From a virus: a stretch of DNA of 64,000 bases. Under the pieces are notes generated by a model, which ran no database searches, was not told the DNA's origin, and saw only the letters and a program-made list of their open reading frames with translations. The position numbers were made by a program, and so were the translations under genes. The stretch covers positions 92,697 through 156,696 of IMG/VR virus record IMGVR_UViG_3300045738_002037; one strand, 5' to 3'. This document shows positions 57,483-64,000 of the stretch, in pieces. How positions within the stretch are numbered: position 1 is the first letter of the stretch; the number at the start of each line of letters is the position of its first letter.

Positions 57483-58591
57483 AAAAAATAATTCACGTAG
57501 TCGGTGTTGGAACCATTGGCGAACCGTTAATAGGTTTACTGTGCGATTTTAAAGATCAACTTGGCATAGACGACATAACATTTCACAAAAATACGCCATT
57601 GACTAGAGATAGGGCGAAAGTAATAAGTTTGATAGATCGCGGTGCACGTTTAACAACGCATAAAGATAAAATAAAAGATTTTGCCGACATTGGGCTAGAT
57701 GTTAAATATGACATTGATAGCGCGATCAACAGAGCATCGGTAGTTATAGACTGCACGCCTAAAGGAAAGGGACACGCAAATAAAAAAGAATATTACGAAA
57801 AATATTCACATAATACTTTGGGGTTTATAGCACAGGGAAGTGAATTCGGATTTGGCAAAATGTATGCTAGAGGCATAAACGATTCAGCGCTAAAACCGGA
57901 GGAAGACCAATTTATTCAAGTAGTTTCATGTAATACGCATAATATCGCAGTCATGGTTAAAACATTGGGCATGATCAATGACTGGGAATATGATAGTAAC
58001 GGCGCGCGGTTGCCATCTAATGTAATTGTTGAATCTAACCTACAAGAAGGAAGGTTTATTTTAATCAGACGCGCAAATGATATTAGCCAAAATGCCGGAT
58101 TTATTCCTGCCCCGTCTGTAGACACTCATAAAGATGAAATTTACGGCACGCATCATGCAAAGGATGCGTCATTACTATTTGATACTATTGACATAAATTT
58201 AAACTTGTTTTCCTCATCTATGAAAATAAATTCACAATATATGCACGTGTTGCATTTTTATATGAAATTAAAGACGCCAACAACATTCGACAAGATAAAA
58301 GAATCTTTATTCGAAAATGATAAAATAGCAGTTACAGATAAAATTGATGTAAATGAAGTATTTTCATTTGGAAGAGATCATGGACATTACGGCAGAATAT
58401 TAAATCAAACAGTGGTATCAATGCCATCGTTAAACTTATTAAACGGGACAGATATCACTGGATTTTGCTTTACACCGCAAGATGGGAATTCACTGTTAAG
58501 TTCAGTGTCAGCGGCAATGTGGTTTATAAACCCAAAAAATTATGAAAAAAAGATACAATGCCTGGATAAGTGTTTTTACGATGAAGTATGA
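57479..58591 (+). CDS. archaeal-type (class II) GAPDH-like dehydrogenase
   Basis: GVGTIG, VVIDCTP, AQGSE, QVVSCNTH (catalytic Cys), IRRAND, THHAKDA. Confidence 0.72.
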   Translation: MKKIIHVVGVGTIGEPLIGLLCDFKDQLGIDDITFHKNTPLTRDRAKVISLIDRGARLTTHKDKIKDFADIGLDVKYDIDSAINRASVVIDCTPKGKGHANKKEYYEKYSHNTLGFIAQGSEFGFGKMYARGINDSALKPEEDQFIQVVSCNTHNIAVMVKTLGMINDWEYDSNGARLPSNVIVESNLQEGRFILIRRANDISQNAGFIPAPSVDTHKDEIYGTHHAKDASLLFDTIDINLNLFSSSMKINSQYMHVLHFYMKLKTPTTFDKIKESLFENDKIAVTDKIDVNEVFSFGRDHGHYGRILNQTVVSMPSLNLLNGTDITGFCFTPQDGNSLLSSVSAAMWFINPKNYEKKIQCLDKCFYDEV

Positions 58592-58593
58592 TC

Positions 58594-59892
58594 TTACATT
58601 TGTGTTGGTCTTGGTTTAGGATCTTCCGAATTTATTAATGCTGTTATCATTTTATATCTAATATCACTAAGCACATTGGAATATGTAGGATTATTAGATA
58701 AATTATGGTTTTCACTCGGATCTTTGTTTAAATCATATAAAAATTCTTCTTGCCCTTTAATCCAGTATTTCCAATGATTAATTCTAATCATTCTTAACTT
58801 ATCTTGTTCGTATCCTATCATGCTCATGGCATAATCATTGGCCGATGTATTATTCTTAAAATGTTTCGTTAAATCAGACCCTTGTATAAAATCGTATTCT
58901 ACCCCTGTTATTCTTAACAAAGTTGGCATTATATCAATAGACTGCACAAGATGTTCATATATATATGGTTCATAATTTGGAATTTTAAATAGCAAAGGAA
59001 CACGCGTATTACCTTCATATGCATAAAGACCTTTGCTAAATAAGCCGTGATCTCCTAATATATCACCATGATCTGCTGTAAAAACAATTATTGTGTTGTC
59101 GTCTATCACTTTTAATATTTTTCCAATATTATCGTCGATCCAAGATATCGAACCATAATACTGTGATTTTAATTCTTTCCAATTGTCAGCAGTTATATTA
59201 TAATCATCTAAAATTGGTAATAGCTTATCGGGCGGAACCATGTTAGTCGCATTATACATTAAATTATATGGTGGGGGAGACGCATACGGCGGATGTGGTC
59301 CATAATATCCAACCATTATAAAATATGGTTGTTTTGCATTTTTTATAAAATCGATCGCTTTTTTTGTTATTACATCTTCGTGATGGTGTTGTCTGTCTTG
59401 GAATATTCCGGTCCACTGCTGGCCATTCATTGTATCGTGAAATTCGTCAAGTGCTTTTTGTCCTTCATTAGTCAATTTAGCATTTTCTGCCCATTCCCAA
59501 AATATAAAATGATCTTGAAATCCAAAATGGCTTAACAACGCGTCCCAGCCATCATTTTCAATATCTGTCAAGTGTATTTTGCCAAAATAGCCTGTTGCAT
59601 AGCCAGCTTCTTTTAAATAATTTGCTATGGTTTTTTCAGATTTAGGTAATGGTGTCTGATTCCACCATACCCTATGAGCAGTTGGATATCTGCCGGTTAA
59701 TATAGAAGCCCTGCTGGGCTGGCATTGTGGGCTTTGAACGTAAGAATTAGCACAAATAATGCTTTGTTTAGAAAGAGAATCAATATTTGGCGTGGAAATT
59801 ATTTTATTAACATAACCAACAGCGTCATATCTTTGCTGATCGGTTATTAAAAATATGATGTTCTTTTTATTGCTTTTACCATGAACTAACAT
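58594..59892 (-). CDS. Cys-type (formylglycine) sulfatase
   Basis: NIIFLITDQQR, CQPSRASILTGRYP, GYATGYFGKIH, PHPPY, FTADHG, RVPL, LYDLNKDPSE. Confidence 0.92.
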   Translation of the reverse strand: MLVHGKSNKKNIIFLITDQQRYDAVGYVNKIISTPNIDSLSKQSIICANSYVQSPQCQPSRASILTGRYPTAHRVWWNQTPLPKSEKTIANYLKEAGYATGYFGKIHLTDIENDGWDALLSHFGFQDHFIFWEWAENAKLTNEGQKALDEFHDTMNGQQWTGIFQDRQHHHEDVITKKAIDFIKNAKQPYFIMVGYYGPHPPYASPPPYNLMYNATNMVPPDKLLPILDDYNITADNWKELKSQYYGSISWIDDNIGKILKVIDDNTIIVFTADHGDILGDHGLFSKGLYAYEGNTRVPLLFKIPNYEPYIYEHLVQSIDIMPTLLRITGVEYDFIQGSDLTKHFKNNTSANDYAMSMIGYEQDKLRMIRINHWKYWIKGQEEFLYDLNKDPSENHNLSNNPTYSNVLSDIRYKMITALINSEDPKPRPTQM

Positions 59893-60293
59893 CAAAGATA
59901 TTTTTCAACGAATGCCGTAGTTTTTTCGGCCAATATTTCTATGCAGTTTGGGTTTAAAAGATCAACATTATAAACTTTTTCAACATAACCCGGCTCTGCA
60001 GTACAAGATGCAGTTATAACATTTGCATTATACATGATATTTACAATTACCATGTCAGAAGCACGCATAGCTGTTTTAATCTTTTGTTTTCTTAACACTT
60101 CAATATAAGGAAGTGCATCAGAATATTGATTCGAATGTTTTGTTATAATAATGATATTAAATTTATCGCCAAGACATTTTATAAATTCTTCATAGAACCC
60201 ATAAATTAAGCCTTGCGCGATATTATCATTTAAACAAGGATAATGTTGTCCAGTGCCATTTATAATCATTTCTTCTTGTACGCTAATGCTCAT
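59892..60293 (-). CDS. hypothetical protein
   Basis: 133 aa; GAGGAG SD; TGATG overlap with the sulfatase start. Confidence 0.65.
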   Translation of the reverse strand: MSISVQEEMIINGTGQHYPCLNDNIAQGLIYGFYEEFIKCLGDKFNIIIITKHSNQYSDALPYIEVLRKQKIKTAMRASDMVIVNIMYNANVITASCTAEPGYVEKVYNVDLLNPNCIEILAEKTTAFVEKYL

Positions 60294-60542
60294 ATTGCTC
60301 CTCTATAAATATGTTAACTAAGGCGACAATATGATGTGACATTTGTGAATATTTTTGTTAATTATTTTATTTTTAATTATACCCCCTATTCGGTTTATGT
60401 TGTTAAATTATAAAAATCATAAAATTCTATTATTAATTATTATAAAAAGATTTATTAGCAAAGCATTATGTAATATTAATACGATACTACTTATGGTAGT
60501 TTTTTGTCTGCAGCCGAATCCTTCTAAATTAGGGAGTTTGTA

Positions 60543-60761
60543 ATGAAAAAGGCGAAAGTGAAAAAAGTGAAAGTGAAAAAGGAATCTGTTGAGCGATCTA
60601 AACCTAAAAGAACCTTGCTCGTCACCGGAGTTGCCGGTATTCTTAAAGAATGGGCAAATGAAAAACCTATTCTATTCTTAGGGTTAGTTGGCTCCGCTGC
60701 TTATTTTATTGGAGTATGGCAAGGTTGGTGGCCAAACATTTTAATGAACATTTTTAACTAA
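60543..60761 (+). CDS. small membrane protein with basic N-terminus
   Basis: GGGAG SD; Lys-rich start, then a hydrophobic helix; followed by a terminator. Confidence 0.65.
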   Translation: MKKAKVKKVKVKKESVERSKPKRTLLVTGVAGILKEWANEKPILFLGLVGSAAYFIGVWQGWWPNILMNIFN

Positions 60762-60779
60762 TTATTATATTATTATACA

Positions 60780-60817
60780 AAAATGCCCCCCGATCTATTA
60801 AGAACGGGGGGCATTTT
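60780..60817. terminator. bidirectional intrinsic terminator
   Basis: 13-bp stem AAAATGCCCCCCG / CGGGGGGCATTTT between convergent ORFs. Confidence 0.8.
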
Positions 60818-60843
60818 ATTTATGTGTATCTAGTGGTATTAAA

Positions 60844-60984
60844 TTACGGCATACAACATGTGCAAATGTCGGCTAGCCATGGACATAACTCCATTATTCT
60901 GCAATGAAGCAGAACACCGGCAACAAAGCCAAGGCCAATCTGCACAACACGATGGCCGAGTACTCTTCGAACCATATGAACCAT
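60844..60984 (-). CDS. 46-aa hydrophobic, Cys-rich peptide (below the ORF-track cutoff)
   Basis: MVHMVRRVLGHRVVQIGLGFVAGVLLHCRIMELCPWLADICTCCMP; GAAGGGA SD-like site and GTATTT motif upstream; ends next to the terminator. Confidence 0.5.
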   Translation of the reverse strand: MVHMVRRVLGHRVVQIGLGFVAGVLLHCRIMELCPWLADICTCCMP

Positions 60985-61135
60985 TTATAAGATCCCTTCA
61001 AAAAATACTAAAATATCCTTTATAAATTTGTTATATAGTATTTTATTAATAATCTTTTAACATATAATTAACAACGTTTTTTCTAATGTCACAAAATATT
61101 TGAAACTATATTTCAAAAATTCAAGGAGGAAAAGT

Positions 61136-61360
61136 ATGAAATTTTATTTCATAAATGACAAGAATAACATGTATTGTAAAATTTCTGGTCCTGCTGGACT
61201 CCAAATGTTGGAGATAGCCAACAAAATGACAGAACTTGGTTATCGGCCAACAAATAGAATAAAATATTTAGGATTTACATTTAAAAAGAAATCAAAAGTA
61301 GAACAACAAGACCAAACAGAATCGCAAGTTCTGATGGAAGAATATGTTGATGAACAATAG
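61136..61360 (+). CDS. hypothetical protein
   Basis: AGGAGG SD before ATG 61136. Confidence 0.6.
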   Translation: MKFYFINDKNNMYCKISGPAGLQMLEIANKMTELGYRPTNRIKYLGFTFKKKSKVEQQDQTESQVLMEEYVDEQ

Positions 61361-61455
61361 GCAACTTGGGATTTCAAACTAACACTATAATGTTTAATTT
61401 AATACGATAAGTAAGTAAAATCGTCAACATTGGGTATTCTGTTTAAGGAGAGAAG

Positions 61456-61854
61456 ATGAATTACAAAGTCACAACCATCATACTGGCGGTCACGCTATTG
61501 ACAGTGGTGAATTACGCAATTTGGCAAAATGCTGAAAATAGTAATTTAGAATTGTTAATTGAAGCATCGGACACGCGTAACAACATTAATTTAGATGAAA
61601 ATCGCGAATTACATAAAATTCTTCTACACAATATAAGCACAAAAAATGATGAAATCATTAAAAATCAAGGCCGAATTGAAGGTATTGTTGATTTTATTAA
61701 TAAGCCAGACGATTATTTTGAATTTTGGCATCAAGGATATCAACAAGGTTTAGATCAAAATAAAGATATGGAAGAGATTGAAAACAAGATTAAAAATGAA
61801 ATTGAAAAGACACCGCAAGATATAAAACCTAAAAATACTGAAGGGGCATCTTAA
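61456..61854 (+). CDS. membrane-anchored coiled-coil protein
   Basis: AAGGAG SD; N-terminal hydrophobic helix. Confidence 0.65.
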   Translation: MNYKVTTIILAVTLLTVVNYAIWQNAENSNLELLIEASDTRNNINLDENRELHKILLHNISTKNDEIIKNQGRIEGIVDFINKPDDYFEFWHQGYQQGLDQNKDMEEIENKIKNEIEKTPQDIKPKNTEGAS

Positions 61855-61861
61855 TAAGATA

Positions 61862-61935
<74 letters not shown>

Positions 61936-61951
61936 TTCTCAAATATACACT

Positions 61952-62392
61952 ATGACTATTGATCCCAAACAAATAGCTAAGATGATAACGGAAGACCCAG
62001 ATGAGATCAATCCGCTAGACAATATTAAAGATACGTATGGCTATCAATGCGATGTTTGCGAGAAAAAGAGAGATTTTCAAGAATCCTTGCCATGTGATAT
62101 CTGTCAGGACGTTTATGGCCTTATAGGACCAGAGGTTTCAAGAATTTGTAGTAGGTGTAACGACATCAAATACGAAAACGGCGTAGGAGAAGATAGCATG
62201 ATGTTTTGGGATTCGGAGATCAACGGATCCGACTGGTATGTGAACTTCAATGTGGGGGAGAGTTACCCCGGCAGAGGGCCAAATGTTGTTTGTCCTGGCT
62301 GTTTATCTAAAAGAAAAGTATGGCAGAATCCTCAAGCAAATCGTGCCGATCGCCGCTACAATCTATATGATCTTGACGGTAATTTAATATAA
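61952..62392 (+). CDS. tag-family protein with 8-Cys zinc-finger payload
   Basis: MTIDPKQIAKMITEDPDEINPLDNIKD, then CDVC..CDIC..CSRC..CPGC. Confidence 0.82.
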   Translation: MTIDPKQIAKMITEDPDEINPLDNIKDTYGYQCDVCEKKRDFQESLPCDICQDVYGLIGPEVSRICSRCNDIKYENGVGEDSMMFWDSEINGSDWYVNFNVGESYPGRGPNVVCPGCLSKRKVWQNPQANRADRRYNLYDLDGNLI

Positions 62393-62622
62393 TGACTAAT
62401 ATACCAGACCCAATCTTTAAAGTTGCCAACCCCAAACTATATGAAGGTATTGGGAATCCGCTGAACCATATTGAAGATAAATTCGAAAATATACACAATA
62501 ATCTAGAAAACGGTTGGTATTTTTGGGACGAGGCATGGAGTGATCACCATGGCCCATATAATACAGAAGATATAGCTCGCGAACATCTAAACAAATATTG
62601 CAAAAAGTTAAATATTATTTAG
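62392..62622 (+). CDS. small protein with partial tag (LYEGIGNPLNHIED)
   Basis: TAATG coupling to the previous gene; GWYFWDE..HGPY payload. Confidence 0.65.
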   Translation: MTNIPDPIFKVANPKLYEGIGNPLNHIEDKFENIHNNLENGWYFWDEAWSDHHGPYNTEDIAREHLNKYCKKLNII

Positions 62623-62827
62623 GCGAGCCATTGCTAAAATCGGCGTCTAATGATTCAAGGCAGTCTTCGGCATTCGCTAGAATCTCAGTCCACTTTGTGA
62701 TTTCTTCTAACAAATCCGAATGTTCGCCGATGCCCACAGTTTTATTAAAATAAATATCAAGTGTAGCAATTGCCTCTAATTTTTTGGCTTTAAAGTGGGC
62801 TATTGCCGCGTCATATAAAAGATTCAT
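62615..62827 (-). CDS. small conserved phage protein (VGIGEHSD motif)
   Basis: Motif recalled from T4-like phage hypothetical proteins; GGGAG SD before ATG 62827. Confidence 0.65.
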   Translation of the reverse strand: MNLLYDAAIAHFKAKKLEAIATLDIYFNKTVGIGEHSDLLEEITKWTEILANAEDCLESLDADFSNGSPK

Positions 62828-62839
62828 TTTTACTCCCAC

Positions 62840-63040
62840 TTAATCAATAATTTGTACGTTTTCAGCACGTGGTCCCTTTGGACCCATGCCTTCTTCATAC
62901 GTAACTCGCTGGCCTTCTTGTAATTCCTCATACTGCACGCCATTCAATGCTGTAAGATGGAAGAACATGTCTTTACCAGTACCGTTGTCAATAAATCCAA
63001 AACCCTTGTCAGTCAGTCTCTTAATTGTGCCTTCAGCCAT
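62840..63040 (-). CDS. cold-shock protein
   Basis: MAEGTIKRLTDKGFGFI (RNP1), MFFH (RNP2), GPKGPRAENV; start reassigned to ATG 63040 (66 aa). Confidence 0.95.
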   Translation of the reverse strand: MAEGTIKRLTDKGFGFIDNGTGKDMFFHLTALNGVQYEELQEGQRVTYEEGMGPKGPRAENVQIID

Positions 63041-63138
63041 TAATCTTGCTACCTGTAAAAATTGTCGTAATTTAAAACCCACAATGGTTTTAATGTATTT
63101 ACTAAAATACATTATTATAAACGCACATATTATATAAA

Positions 63139-63178
63139 ATAAAAGGCTCTTCCAAAAATTATTGGAAGAGCCTTTATT
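63139..63178. terminator. intrinsic terminator
   Basis: 14-bp stem AAAGGCTCTTCCAA / TTGGAAGAGCCTTT with A/T-rich flanks. Confidence 0.78.
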
Positions 63179-63274
63179 CGCGGCGTCCCGCGTAATCTAA
63201 GTTACTATCTAAGTTACTAATGCGTTCCCTCTGTTCTGGGAGTAGGAACTGCCGAAAAACTCCCGAAACCACAC

Positions 63275-63535
63275 TTACTCAGTGGTTTCTTCCGTAGCTT
63301 CAGCCGATTCCTCTGTAGCTTCAGCCGATTCCTCTGTAGCTTCAGCCGATTCCGTCGTAGCGGTTTCTTCTGTAGTAGTCTCAGAGCATGCTTCAGTTGA
63401 TTCTGCAGTGGCAGAACCACAAGCTTCAGTAGACTCTGTGGTGGCGGTTTCGGAACATGCTGACTCCGTAGTGGAAGACTCTGCTGCGACATCTTCTTCT
63501 GTAGCTGCAGTGGTTTCCGGTGTTTGGTCGTTCAT
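63275..63535 (-). CDS. highly acidic low-complexity (Glu/Thr/Ala/Ser) protein
   Basis: GGAG SD; no Lys or Arg residues; ESTEACx and ESAEATE repeats. Confidence 0.6.
   Translation of the reverse strand: MNDQTPETTAATEEDVAAESSTTESACSETATTESTEACGSATAESTEACSETTTEETATTESAEATEESAEATEESAEATEETTE
63294..63361. repeat. 21-bp tandem repeat (~3.2 copies, GTAGCTTCAGCCGATTCCTCT)
   Basis: Seen directly; encodes (E)ESAEAT. Confidence 0.9.
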
Positions 63536-63789
63536 TCGATGTTACTCCGTCTTAAAAATGTGAAATGGAAGACAACATGTCTCCTCTTTAAATTAAATAC
63601 ATTTTGAAATATTTTTTGCAATAATATCATAATCAATCTTTATTATCAATAATATATGCAAAATATAAAAACCAACATACACAAACAAGCACACCAAACA
63701 AAGGAAAAACGAATAATGACAAAGTAATCACGATATTATCTAAAATATTGTCTTTATCTGCTGGTTTCATAAAATTTCATCTTTTATAC

Positions 63790-64000
63790 TCACCCGTACT
63801 TTTCCGTTGCGGATTGCTTGTTCACCAGCGGCGGTCTTCCTTTTTCCCAATATAATCCCGCCTGGTGACCGCGATTGTCGATCCGTGAAAAGACCAGCGG
63901 CCGAATTTGTCTATAAGAGGTTAAATCTTCATTATACCATGCGAATTGTCCTTCAAATTCGCCGAATCCTTCTATCACTGCTGCGAACATAGCTTGATCT
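63790..64000 (-). CDS. C-terminal fragment of a gene starting beyond the window
   Basis: Frame is open from the right edge to the stop at 63790. Confidence 0.55.
   Translation of the reverse strand, partial: DQAMFAAVIEGFGEFEGQFAWYNEDLTSYRQIRPLVFSRIDNRGHQAGLYWEKGRPPLVNKQSATEKYG

Overview
This window looks like part of a large, AT-rich, T4-like/jumbo bacteriophage genome read in standard code 11. It encodes a gp46/gp47-like Rad50/Mre11 pair, a gp55-like late sigma factor, a second sigma-like protein, a DinG-type helicase, an N-terminal-only DnaE, nucleotide-metabolism genes, a glycan-synthesis cluster and one tRNA-Arg(UCU). No cellular housekeeping block is present. Several acquired modules (Csp, sulfatase, KdsA, domains of a ~5,290-aa protein) resemble Planctomycetota proteins, so a planctomycete host is inferred. 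Four things stand out. (1) About 14 genes carry a conserved peptide tag (DPKQIAKMITEDPDE[IV]NPLD followed by NIED or DEYxDLEDADEF, or an MKLxRILNE leader) fused to unrelated, often double-zinc-finger payloads. One of them is a four-module polyprotein, the tag DNA is hairpin-forming, and the arrays share an upstream motif. This may be a modular capsid-cargo (injected effector) system. (2) An ORF-free ~650-nt stretch at 37930-38580 folds by eye into a multi-domain, pseudoknotted RNA. (3) A PurZ-type (2-aminoadenine) synthetase sits near an NDT-family N-glycosidase, a degenerate DeoC and dCMP deaminase rather than datZ/mazZ. (4) DnaE stops right at the catalytic SMPD motif. All family calls come from motif recognition by eye; no database search was run.
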